Shown here: piece after piece, positions 1 to 8,634 of the stretch
Numbering within the stretch: position 1 is the stretch's first letter
How the letters are laid out: each line of letters begins with the position of its first letter
Source of the DNA: a virus
Taxonomy: Duplodnaviria; Caudoviricetes
Reading direction: 5' to 3' (one strand)
Length of the DNA: 25,266 bases
IMG/VR virus record: IMGVR_UViG_3300030207_003650
Span: 1-25,266 of that record
Program-made: the position numbers and the translations under genes
Notes under the pieces: model-generated
Databases searched by the model: none
What the model was told of the DNA's origin: nothing
What the model saw: the letters and a program-made list of their open reading frames with translations, nothing else

Positions 1-90
1 AAACATCCAAAAGCAGCAAAGAATCCTAATTCACCTTTACGGCTTTCCAGAAAAAGATGGAAATGCAAGGGGACAAAAAGTGCCAAGTAA
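1..90 (+). CDS. 3' end of a small basic phage protein (partial)
   Basis: Frame 1 is open from base 1: KHPKAAKNPNSPLRLSRKRWKCKGTKSAK*, TAA at 88-90. It resembles small basic proteins of aquatic phages (recalled, not searched). Confidence 0.65.
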   Translation, partial: KHPKAAKNPNSPLRLSRKRWKCKGTKSAK

Positions 91-238
91 AAAAGGTTTA
101 TACGCCAACATCCACGCTAAAAGAAAACGGATCAAGGCTGGCTCAAACGAGAAAATGAGGAAGCCTGGGAGCAAGGGCGCGCCTACAGCAAAAGCATTTA
201 AGAAAGCGGCTAAGACTGCAAAGAAGGGGAAAAAATGA
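80..238 (+). CDS. Small Lys-rich protein, 52 aa (not in ORF track)
   Basis: GTG at 80: MPSKKGLYANIHAKRKRIKAGSNEKMRKPGSKGAPTAKAFKKAAKTAKKGKK*. Its TGA overlaps the next ATG (ATGA, 235-238). Confidence 0.8.
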   Translation: MPSKKGLYANIHAKRKRIKAGSNEKMRKPGSKGAPTAKAFKKAAKTAKKGKK

Positions 239-555
239 AACGCATCCTAGATACAGACCCTGAATCTGGCATCACAACGGTTTTCCACTCAAATGAGCAT
301 GACCAGACTTACACAGTCGAAACGCGCCAGGATGTTTCACAAATTCTTAAAGAGAACGCGGCACAACGGAATTTAACTGACAAGCATACGCCTTATGGCG
401 ATCAGATCGGTCGGCAAACAAAAGTGGCCTCTATTCCAATGTCAATTTATGCGGATTGGATCAAGAAGGGCTACACGAAAGATCAGAAGAAAATGAAACA
501 GCTTCTGAACTCACCTGAGTACAAATATTTTAGGACCAGAGAAGGCAAAGTCTAA
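235..555 (+). CDS. Conserved hypothetical phage protein upstream of the adaptor
   Basis: 106-aa ORF with overlapping start/stop junctions on both sides (ATGA, TAATG). Confidence 0.85.
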   Translation: MKRILDTDPESGITTVFHSNEHDQTYTVETRQDVSQILKENAAQRNLTDKHTPYGDQIGRQTKVASIPMSIYADWIKKGYTKDQKKMKQLLNSPEYKYFRTREGKV

Positions 556-1178
556 TGGCTTCCAATTTCGGTGAATTAAAAACAGAGATCGCAGATACGT
601 TGAATAGGACCGATTTAACTTCAGTCCTCCCAACGTTCATAAAAAGCGGTCACGCAAAGATAAACCGGGAACTGCGAACTCGTCAGATGATCCAGAGAGC
701 TACGGCCTCCATTGATTCTGAGTACACACAGTTGCCGAGTGATTTTCTACAAGTACGGGATATTCGGCTAAATACGGACCCGGTTAAAAACTTGGAGTTA
801 ATTACGGCAGAACAACAGAATCAGGAACGTCAAAGATTTGGCAATACCTCTGGTGAGCCTAAATACTTCACCATAGTCGGTGAAACGTTTCAGGTCTTTC
901 CTACACCGGATACCACTTACACCTGTGAATTAGCTTACTACCAGAAGATCCCTGATTTTTTCAGCAGCGATGCGGATACAAATTGGTTACTGACCAAGGC
1001 GTCAGATATCTACCTTTACGGATCTCTGGTCTATACCGCGCCATATCTGAAAGACGATGAACGGGCGGTTGTATGGCAAACGCTTTATCGAGATGTATTG
1101 CAAAGTTTGAACACTGAAGAAGAGAAAAGTCGCTATAGCGGCACAACCCCTCGAATGAGACATAGGAGTTTCGGATAA
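555..1178 (+). CDS. Putative head-tail adaptor (podovirus type)
   Basis: 207 aa with motifs LPSDFL, GEPKYF, VFPTPD, TNWLL and DIYLYGSL, typical of podoviral adaptor proteins; located before the tail genes. Confidence 0.7.
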   Translation: MASNFGELKTEIADTLNRTDLTSVLPTFIKSGHAKINRELRTRQMIQRATASIDSEYTQLPSDFLQVRDIRLNTDPVKNLELITAEQQNQERQRFGNTSGEPKYFTIVGETFQVFPTPDTTYTCELAYYQKIPDFFSSDADTNWLLTKASDIYLYGSLVYTAPYLKDDERAVVWQTLYRDVLQSLNTEEEKSRYSGTTPRMRHRSFG

Positions 1179-1561
1179 TGGCAGGCACTAGCGATTACCT
1201 AGAAGCGGCGGTCCTTGATGCCGTCCTTAGAAACACATCTTACACATCCCCAACGACAGTTTTCGTGGCGCTTTTTACCAGCGATCCGACAGACGCCGGG
1301 ACGGGAACAGAATGCAGTGGTACGGGTTACGCACGACAGTCGGCAGCGTTCTCTCGAACAGCGGGAGTTGCAGATAACACCAGTGCGATCGAATTTCCAA
1401 CAGCGGGGGGATCGTGGGGGACCATATCTCACGTTGGTATTATGGACGCTGTTAGCTCTGGCAATTTACTGTATCACGCGGCACTTTCTTCCAGTAAGGC
1501 TATCACTACAGGTGACATCTTCCGCATCCCGGCTGGTGACCTCACGGTGACAATGACTTAA
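1178..1561 (+). CDS. Virion structural/tail-associated protein
   Basis: 127 aa with SDYLE...VALFTSDP...GYARQ...IEFPTA..SWGTISHVGI.DA...GNLL, a widespread phage structural family; GGAG SD and TAATG coupling. Confidence 0.75.
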   Translation: MAGTSDYLEAAVLDAVLRNTSYTSPTTVFVALFTSDPTDAGTGTECSGTGYARQSAAFSRTAGVADNTSAIEFPTAGGSWGTISHVGIMDAVSSGNLLYHAALSSSKAITTGDIFRIPAGDLTVTMT

Positions 1562-2172
1562 TGACGGACACATACGGATACGGTAATTACGGCGATGGTG
1601 TCTATCAGCCTCCCGTAGATAACGGATACGGATACGCGCTTTACGGTACAGGTGTTTACGGTACAGTTACAATTCGGACAGATGGTGAAGCTCACATAAC
1701 GAGCAGCACCAGTGTAGCTGCGGCAGGCGGCTATGCGATCGGTGGATCGGCGGCTATAACCTCTAGCACAGCAGTAAGCGCAGGAGCTACGGGCGGCGTC
1801 ATCGTTACCGATGGCAGTGCAGCGATCACAACGGTTAGCACTGTCGTTTGCACTATCGAAGGCTCAATAAGAACGGCAGCGGGTCACATGACTTCTGTTT
1901 CGCTCGTTGCCTGCGGTATCCAACCGAAAATTACAGGCGCAGCAGCGATAAACACGATATCGACTGTTGCCTGTGTGGGCGGCTATATACCGCTCATTGA
2001 TACAGGAACTATTTCCACAATCACAACTGTCTCTGCTTCAGGTGAACTGAAATGGGACAACGTACCAGATGCCTCAGAAAGCTGGACCAATATCCCGGCA
2101 GGCAGTGCGTCCTGGGCAAATGTAACTCCACCAAGCACGACTTGGACAGAAATTAACTCTCCTTACAGGTAA
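1561..2172 (+). CDS. Repeat-rich virion structural protein
   Basis: Two YGYGxYGxGVY units, several GxAAITxxSxVx units, and C-terminal Trp every 10 aa. Confidence 0.7.
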   Translation: MTDTYGYGNYGDGVYQPPVDNGYGYALYGTGVYGTVTIRTDGEAHITSSTSVAAAGGYAIGGSAAITSSTAVSAGATGGVIVTDGSAAITTVSTVVCTIEGSIRTAAGHMTSVSLVACGIQPKITGAAAINTISTVACVGGYIPLIDTGTISTITTVSASGELKWDNVPDASESWTNIPAGSASWANVTPPSTTWTEINSPYR

Positions 2173-2177
2173 GAATC

Positions 2178-2960
2178 ATGCCAACTAATACAGCAAATTA
2201 TTCCTTAAAAAAACCAACGGTCAGCGGAGACAGTGGGGTCTGGGGCGGCTATATCAATGACACAATCCAAGATCTGGATGATTTACTCGGCGGCACGAAT
2301 TCAAAAGTAATCACTGGTATTGATATTGATTCTGGCACTATTGATAACGCGCCGATTGGAGCCGCAACTCCCAACACTGGTGCTTTTACTTCTGTCGCAG
2401 TAGATAACATCACAATTGATGGTCAGCAGATCACCTCAACAAATACTGACGGCAATATTCAGTTATTCGCCAACGGTACTGGTTACGTTGAGATCTACGG
2501 TAATACTAACGCGGGTGCGATCCGTTTTAACTGCGAGTCGAACTCACACGGTGTCACATTAAAAGGACCACCGCACTCAGCGGCAGCTACTTACGCATTG
2601 GAATTACCAGACGCAGATGCCAGTGGATTTCTTCAGTCTGACGGTGCGGGTAAATTATCTTTTGGCACACCAGCGTCTGGACTACCTAATCCGACGATAC
2701 AAGCAACAGGTGTAACTGCGACCTCGGGCCAATTCCTTGTTGTCACCAACGGTGGTATTACGATCACTCTTCCAGCAACACCATCAGCGGGCAACTACGT
2801 GATTATCAAGGATGGTACAGGAGCTGCGGCTACATCGTCTTTTACGGTGGCAAGAAACGGTAGCAACATAGCCAGTGCACCATCCGATCTGACGTTTGAT
2901 AAAAACTTTGCCGAAATCACAATGACCTATGTTGATGCAACAATAGGCTGGAGCGTCTAA
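2178..2960 (+). CDS. Tail fibre (proximal/anchor) protein
   Basis: N-terminal T.NYSLKKPTVSG...WGG..N anchor; IDNAPIGAATPNTGAFT fibre motif; C-terminal ITLPATPSAG..VIIKD...FTVARNGSNI module resembling T4 gp34-type repeats. Confidence 0.75.
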   Translation: MPTNTANYSLKKPTVSGDSGVWGGYINDTIQDLDDLLGGTNSKVITGIDIDSGTIDNAPIGAATPNTGAFTSVAVDNITIDGQQITSTNTDGNIQLFANGTGYVEIYGNTNAGAIRFNCESNSHGVTLKGPPHSAAATYALELPDADASGFLQSDGAGKLSFGTPASGLPNPTIQATGVTATSGQFLVVTNGGITITLPATPSAGNYVIIKDGTGAAATSSFTVARNGSNIASAPSDLTFDKNFAEITMTYVDATIGWSV

Positions 2961-4489
2961 TGACTAATTTAGCCGATCTGCTACCAGCAGGTGGCGGTCA
3001 AAACAACACAGAGTTTGTCGCTGACGGAACTATTAGTTCTGGTGCGCCCGTTATTCTGACGAGTGATGGGAAGGCTGCGCCTATTTCACAATCTTCTATA
3101 TCTAATTCCGCAGCTACAGCTTCCCAATTTGACTCGGGAGTCGAGTTTTATATTTCATCAATGGTATACGATCCCGACACACAACGAGTTGTGCTTGTTT
3201 ACAGCAATACTGATGGCAGCTATTACGCTTATATCGTAGTAGGACAAGCCTCTGCTACGGGTGTCACTTGGGGTACTCCGGTCACTGTCTATAGTGGCGC
3301 AGTGGTGGGTGACATCGCGTGTTGTTATGACACGACAAATGATCGCGTAGGAGTTGCTTACGAAAGGTCTGGAGGTGGGGGGTGGTATGCTGCTTATTCA
3401 ATCAATGGAGGGACAAATACACCGACTTCCATTGCTTCTCATGTACAATTTTCTACTGGCGGCGAAAGTTTTATATCGCTGGCTTATCATCCTGGTGAAG
3501 ACGTTATGGTTTCCGCCTCTACATCTGCGGCCTACACTCCCAATAGAGGTAAGATTAGTGTAGCTAGGCTTGGGGCTAGTTCCATTACGCTAGGTAATGA
3601 AGTGTTTTTTCCTACTTATGGTGGCGGCACTTATAGTTACTCTAACGGCACTATAAATTTGATTTACGAGAAAAACCTTGGAGAGTTAGTTTTAAATTAC
3701 CCAGATGGAAGTAACAGTAGTTACATGACCACTTGTGTGGTGAGTCCGTCAGGCACAGGCAGTCCTACATTTGGTGCTTTAAATGTTTGGCTTTCGCAAG
3801 CGGGATCAGGTAATACGCTAACTTTCGATGAAACTTCAGGGAAATTATTATATACCTATTATTCTGCCGCAAACTCACCAGCAAATAGCGGAGCAGCTAA
3901 TGTTGGGTTGGCGAGTGGTACGAGTGTAACTGTTGACTCGACAAAACATTACTTTACGAGTACGGCTGTCACTAGAGAACAAGATGCGGCGTACGATGCA
4001 AACGCCAAAAAAATTGCTCTTCTGTATTACATCTATTCATCTGGTTCAGAAACCCGTTTTGTGGATGTTACTACTTCTGCCTCTGATTACTCGGCTACTT
4101 TCGGGACAGACGTTGCGGCGTACTCTGGAGCTACAGAGGGAGCTTGGGGTGATCCTTCTGTAGTTTATGATACGGCTCTGCAAAAATTAGTATGGGCTTT
4201 CAACAACGCTAGTACAGGAATATCGCAATCTACAATTTTAACAGTTGCTACAACCACCTCGAATCTCACCTCAACCAACCTCTTAGGTCTTGCTCCAGAA
4301 GCCATCAGCGACACAGCGACAGGCACTATTAACACTTGGGGATCTCGCAACGAAGCACAGACAAGTCTGACGATAGGTAGCGATTATTACGTTCAAGATG
4401 ACGGCACAATCACAACGGATACAGGTGGTCAGCTAATCGGCAGAGCAATCACAGCCACACAAATTAACATCAAGGACTATACAGGATGA
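2960..4489 (+). CDS. Tail fibre/receptor-binding-like protein, paralogue 1
   Basis: 509 aa, Ser/Thr/Gly-rich. Begins MTNLADLLPAG, has periodic YD motifs suggesting beta-propeller blades, and ends NLTSTNLLG...LT.GSDYYVQ.DGT. Confidence 0.75.
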   Translation: MTNLADLLPAGGGQNNTEFVADGTISSGAPVILTSDGKAAPISQSSISNSAATASQFDSGVEFYISSMVYDPDTQRVVLVYSNTDGSYYAYIVVGQASATGVTWGTPVTVYSGAVVGDIACCYDTTNDRVGVAYERSGGGGWYAAYSINGGTNTPTSIASHVQFSTGGESFISLAYHPGEDVMVSASTSAAYTPNRGKISVARLGASSITLGNEVFFPTYGGGTYSYSNGTINLIYEKNLGELVLNYPDGSNSSYMTTCVVSPSGTGSPTFGALNVWLSQAGSGNTLTFDETSGKLLYTYYSAANSPANSGAANVGLASGTSVTVDSTKHYFTSTAVTREQDAAYDANAKKIALLYYIYSSGSETRFVDVTTSASDYSATFGTDVAAYSGATEGAWGDPSVVYDTALQKLVWAFNNASTGISQSTILTVATTTSNLTSTNLLGLAPEAISDTATGTINTWGSRNEAQTSLTIGSDYYVQDDGTITTDTGGQLIGRAITATQINIKDYTG

Positions 4490-5994
4490 CGAATCTCTCT
4501 GACCTTTTTCCTGCGGGAGCGGGGAAGCAAGTAAGTTTTACGGCAAGCGGTAACGTCACCAGCTCTGGTAAGCCTGTTGTCTTGAATAGTGATGGGACAG
4601 TGAGTGAGGTGTCGGGTTCTTCAACAGTTATTGGATCACCTACTGATGTCTTGTATCAAGTGATGAACCCGCAGATTATTTCAGAAATTACGGGAACTAA
4701 TAAAACGTATGCGGGTTTACAAGACTACAATAGTGGCTCGAACAAAGGCACAGGGTTTATTTTAACGGCTTCAAGCAACGCCATCACCGTAGGTGCAGGA
4801 GCAGATTATACTTCAGCAGGTACGGAACCTTATTATCCTTGTAATTGTTATGACAGTGTAAATAGTCGGATTGTTCAGTGTTGGCAAGAATCAGGGAGCA
4901 CGAAATACCTTAAAGTTTGCGTAGGTTCCGTTTCGGGTACAGCGATTACTTGGGGTACTCCCGTTACAGTAAAATCGTGGACTGGCGGGGTTTTTATGTT
5001 TTACGCAAGAATGGCGTTTGACCCTGACACAGGTAATTTTTGTATTCTTTACAGAGATGGGAATAATGCTCAATATTTAACCGCGCATTGTGGAACAGTA
5101 CAAAGCGGGACAACCACCGCAACGATGGGTAGTTCAGCAGTGGTAATAAATTCTGCAACATCAGACTACAACCAACTATGCTACGACACAACGCAAAACA
5201 GGTTCATTTTTATTTACGATCAAGGTACTACTAACTTTTATGCCAGAGCAGTCACTTGTTCAGGGTCAGATGCAAGTGCAACAATAAGCTCTATTGGAAG
5301 CGCAGCCGAAATTGGTTCTAGTGAGTCTATATCTCAGTGGCCTCTAGTTGTACATGACTCCACAGCGGGTAAAAATGTTATTGGGTTCATTGGGGCAGGG
5401 AACACTTTAAAAGCGGCAACTGCGACAATAGACCCTTCTACAAATGCGACAACAGTGGGCGCGGTCACTACTATATCAGGGGCTGTGGTCACGGCAGACA
5501 GTCTGGGTCTCGCTTATGACCCTAATGCAAATAAAACATTATTAATTTACCGTGATAATGGAAGTCCTTATTACAGTTATTATGTTGAGCTTACTGTGAG
5601 TGGGTCAGATATAACGGCAAGTAGCTCTGCCGTATTTTATTCGCAAAGTTCGCAATATAAAGGTTTGGCATATAACGCCACTGAACAAGAAATAGTAGTA
5701 GTTATTGGAGATGCTTCTGTTGATTACAATAAAGGTTTGGTTTTTGTCTTTGGAGCAACCAACCTCACCACAACAAATTTTCTCGGCATATCAGACGCAG
5801 CCATTTCAAGCGCAGCTACTGGAAACATAACAATAAAAGGTGGCATAGCCTCGACAGGGTTGAGTTCTTTAACTCCGGCCAGTGACTACTATGTGCAGCC
5901 AGATGGAACATTCGGCACTTCTGCGGGTGATCCTAGCGTCAAAGCGGGTAAAGCCCTGTCAGCCACCGCACTTAATTTGGAGTATACATCGTGA
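4486..5994 (+). CDS. Tail fibre/receptor-binding-like protein, paralogue 2
   Basis: 502 aa, begins MTNLSDLFPAG, same terminal modules as paralogue 1, ATGA overlap. Confidence 0.75.
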   Translation: MTNLSDLFPAGAGKQVSFTASGNVTSSGKPVVLNSDGTVSEVSGSSTVIGSPTDVLYQVMNPQIISEITGTNKTYAGLQDYNSGSNKGTGFILTASSNAITVGAGADYTSAGTEPYYPCNCYDSVNSRIVQCWQESGSTKYLKVCVGSVSGTAITWGTPVTVKSWTGGVFMFYARMAFDPDTGNFCILYRDGNNAQYLTAHCGTVQSGTTTATMGSSAVVINSATSDYNQLCYDTTQNRFIFIYDQGTTNFYARAVTCSGSDASATISSIGSAAEIGSSESISQWPLVVHDSTAGKNVIGFIGAGNTLKAATATIDPSTNATTVGAVTTISGAVVTADSLGLAYDPNANKTLLIYRDNGSPYYSYYVELTVSGSDITASSSAVFYSQSSQYKGLAYNATEQEIVVVIGDASVDYNKGLVFVFGATNLTTTNFLGISDAAISSAATGNITIKGGIASTGLSSLTPASDYYVQPDGTFGTSAGDPSVKAGKALSATALNLEYTS

Positions 5995-7490
5995 GCAATT
6001 TATCTGATCTACTCCCCGCAGGAGCAGCGGCAAAACAACTGACCTTTACTGACAGCGGTAGTGGTATTACGAGTAAGAAACCTGTGATACTCAATAGCGA
6101 TGGGACGGTAAGTGAGGTGAGTGGGACTGCATCAAGTGTTGGTTCGCCCGACCAATTCACTCCCACTACAGCATATGGTGGGGGTGGCCCACAAAGCGTT
6201 TGTTACAACACTACAGATGATGTATTCATAATCGCGTTTAAAGATGCGGGTAGCAGCAACGCTCTTTCTGTCATAGCCGCCACTCTAAGTGGAACCAATT
6301 TTACTTATGGTTCAGCCGTAGCCGTTGCTTATACCGCAAACGCAGATACTTATGACATTGTTTTTGACTCTTTACGAAATTGTTTTGTGGTGGTGTACCA
6401 AGATAATAGTAATTTAAAGTGTATGACAGGCACAGTTTCAGGGACAACGATTACGATGAACTCTAGCTCGGCTTTAGTTGTTTCCTCTGCAACCTATGGA
6501 CTTGTTAGAGGGGTTTTTGATGCTACCAACAATAAAACCTTGTTGTTTTGTCGGGATAGTTCAAGCAAAGGGCAGTGTTTTGCAATATCTGTCGATGTCT
6601 CCTATGCCCCTTCTGCTTCTAGTGCGTACAACTTTTCCGGTACAGATAATGTTGACAACTCTTTTATAGCCCTCCGTGGAGTGCATGACCCAGATCAAGA
6701 GCGAGTTGTAATTAGTTATAGAGGGCCATCTGCTACTGGATATATCAATTTAGTTGATTGTTCAGGGTCAACACCAACAGGAACTAAAATAGTAAATAGT
6801 GCTTGGTCGAGTTCTGGTTTTGGAGGAGGCGATATTGGATATGATACGGTCAATAACAAGTGTGTCATAACCGTCTATGATGCAAACAATAGTAACTATC
6901 TGTCTTACCAAGTAGTAACAATCGACAGTGGTAGCACTGCAACATTTGGAACAAAGGTTACGCAATCAGCGGCAAACTCTCAGTACCCAGATATGCAATA
7001 CACCATCTATGATCCCACAGCCGCAGCCACGGTTTGTACCTTTACAAGTAATAATCTAGGAACTTACGCACAAAAAGCTACGGTTTCAGGAACTACGCTA
7101 ACCATTGATTCAACACTGTTAGAGATTGTAAATAGCACTTTAATTGCTAAACAACAGGGGGTGGTTTACGACCCTGACACTTCGCAGTTTGTTATGGCAT
7201 ATTACAATTATGACGGAACAGATGAGGGCTATGCAAAAGCCTACAAAGTAGCCACTAGCAATCTCACCGCAACGAATTTCGTAGGAATCGCCGACAGCGC
7301 AATATCAGCTTCTGCTGCGGGAAGCATCATAGTTCAAGGTGGTACAGTAACCGGATTATCAAGTTTGACCACTGGTAGTAAATATTTTGTGCAAACAGAC
7401 GGGACATTTGGCACTTCTGCGGGTGACCCTAGCGTCAATGCAGGATTAGCGATTTCAACAACATCTTTACTTTTGAACGGAGACTCATAA
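5991..7490 (+). CDS. Tail fibre/receptor-binding-like protein, paralogue 3
   Basis: 499 aa, begins MSNLSDLLPAG, same terminal modules, GTGA overlap, GGAG SD. Confidence 0.75.
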   Translation: MSNLSDLLPAGAAAKQLTFTDSGSGITSKKPVILNSDGTVSEVSGTASSVGSPDQFTPTTAYGGGGPQSVCYNTTDDVFIIAFKDAGSSNALSVIAATLSGTNFTYGSAVAVAYTANADTYDIVFDSLRNCFVVVYQDNSNLKCMTGTVSGTTITMNSSSALVVSSATYGLVRGVFDATNNKTLLFCRDSSSKGQCFAISVDVSYAPSASSAYNFSGTDNVDNSFIALRGVHDPDQERVVISYRGPSATGYINLVDCSGSTPTGTKIVNSAWSSSGFGGGDIGYDTVNNKCVITVYDANNSNYLSYQVVTIDSGSTATFGTKVTQSAANSQYPDMQYTIYDPTAAATVCTFTSNNLGTYAQKATVSGTTLTIDSTLLEIVNSTLIAKQQGVVYDPDTSQFVMAYYNYDGTDEGYAKAYKVATSNLTATNFVGIADSAISASAAGSIIVQGGTVTGLSSLTTGSKYFVQTDGTFGTSAGDPSVNAGLAISTTSLLLNGDS

Positions 7491-7852
7491 TGAGCCAGAC
7501 TATTACAAGAAATGACGGCAACGTAAGCGTTTATGTATTTGACGACAGCGTAAATGTCGATCTTTCAGCAACACCTAACGCTACTGTTAGAAATAACGGC
7601 GGCAACGATTTCGACATCGGTGACCTCAATGCCAGTAATGCAACTCTTCACACGGGCGTAACAGCTCCTGACGGTTGGGTTGGTGGTAAGCATACCTATG
7701 ACGGTAGTGATTGGGGTGATGTAGCAGGATGGGTTGATCCGGCAGCAGGAATGTTAGAGCAGGACAAGGTTCGATATGCTGCGAACGCAACTTACAGCAG
7801 TACGTTTACCGATGCGGTACAAGCTGAAATAGATCGAATCAAAGCTCTCTGA
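7490..7852 (+). CDS. Tail-fibre-associated protein (possible assembly chaperone)
   Basis: 120 aa directly after the fibre genes, with a V.APDGW.GGKHTYDG..W motif. Function inferred from position. Confidence 0.6.
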   Translation: MSQTITRNDGNVSVYVFDDSVNVDLSATPNATVRNNGGNDFDIGDLNASNATLHTGVTAPDGWVGGKHTYDGSDWGDVAGWVDPAAGMLEQDKVRYAANATYSSTFTDAVQAEIDRIKAL

Positions 7853-8043
7853 TCCAAGTTTTCATTCTCCTCATCTCGATTCAGGGTGAGGTCCAAAATA
7901 CATCGTGCGAATTTTCTCTTTGCTTTAACACCTTTAACCGATGTTGGTATTTTTCCCAACGAATCAACAACAATGCAGACAAAAATGTTACCGCAGATTG
8001 TCGTTCAATTTTTATACAGCCGCATGAGAGGTTTTTTCAATGA
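7849..8043 (+). CDS. Small Cys-containing protein with hydrophobic N-terminus, probable CTG start
   Basis: (M)IQVFILLISIQGEVQNTSCEFSLCFNTFNRCWYFSQRINNNADKNVTADCRSIFIQPHERFFQ*. It fills the gap exactly, with a CTGA overlap upstream and an ATGA overlap downstream. Confidence 0.6.
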   Translation: MIQVFILLISIQGEVQNTSCEFSLCFNTFNRCWYFSQRINNNADKNVTADCRSIFIQPHERFFQ

Positions 8044-8582
8044 TAGAAATTGGAATTGCGCTTGCGGCTGCAACAAAAAGTGTTGAGCTAATTAGGCAGG
8101 GTGTAAAGCTAGGACAAGATACAAAGTCCCTTTCTAGTGAATTCGCAAAGTTTTGTGATTTTAAAGACGATATCGCACAAGCGCAGAAAGAACGTCAGCG
8201 CGATGATTATTTAGAGAAGTACAACGAGAAGCAAATTCGCAAACACGCGATGGATCTCGCTATGGCTGAAGACAAAGCCAGAGAGATGGAAGATGCTATC
8301 CGCAGAGCTTTTTTTTCAGTTAACAAAATGGATGTTTACTTTCGGATGATAGAAATCCAAAAGCAAGAAACTAAACGCTGGAAACTTGCGAAGAGTAGAC
8401 AACAAGCAAAACGTAAAGACGATTCACTCACTGGAAAAGACGTAACTTACATCATGTTATTTTTTCTTTTTTCTGTCGCTGTGATTGGCGGCGTAATTTT
8501 TATGATTATTGCAGGAGAAGCAAATGCCCAAAGTTGGTGGGAAACATTTCAGTTACTCGAAGAAGGGCAGAGCAGCCGCTAA
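8040..8582 (+). CDS. Coiled-coil protein with C-terminal transmembrane helix
   Basis: GAGG SD; charged helical body; hydrophobic stretch YIMLFFLFSVAVIGGVIFMIIAG. Confidence 0.75.
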   Translation: MIEIGIALAAATKSVELIRQGVKLGQDTKSLSSEFAKFCDFKDDIAQAQKERQRDDYLEKYNEKQIRKHAMDLAMAEDKAREMEDAIRRAFFSVNKMDVYFRMIEIQKQETKRWKLAKSRQQAKRKDDSLTGKDVTYIMLFFLFSVAVIGGVIFMIIAGEANAQSWWETFQLLEEGQSSR

Positions 8583-8634
8583 GTCCTACGCAAAAAAAAC
8601 TGGTAAGAAAGTGACTAATAAAAAGAAAAAATAA
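8524..8634 (+). CDS. Lys-rich microprotein, 36 aa (not in ORF track)
   Basis: AGGAG SD then ATG at 8524: MPKVGGKHFSYSKKGRAAAKSYAKKTGKKVTNKKKK*. Its TAA overlaps the ATG at 8634. Confidence 0.75.
   Translation: MPKVGGKHFSYSKKGRAAAKSYAKKTGKKVTNKKKK

Noticed and set aside
2960-7490. Diversity-generating retroelement or invertible shufflon
   Set aside because: No reverse transcriptase, no TR/VR pair differing only at adenines, no invertase, and all three copies are in the same orientation with their own starts.
7886-8086. 66-aa ORF from the track
   Set aside because: It overlaps the next gene by 47 nt and leaves a gap upstream; the 7849-8043 frame fits both neighbours exactly.
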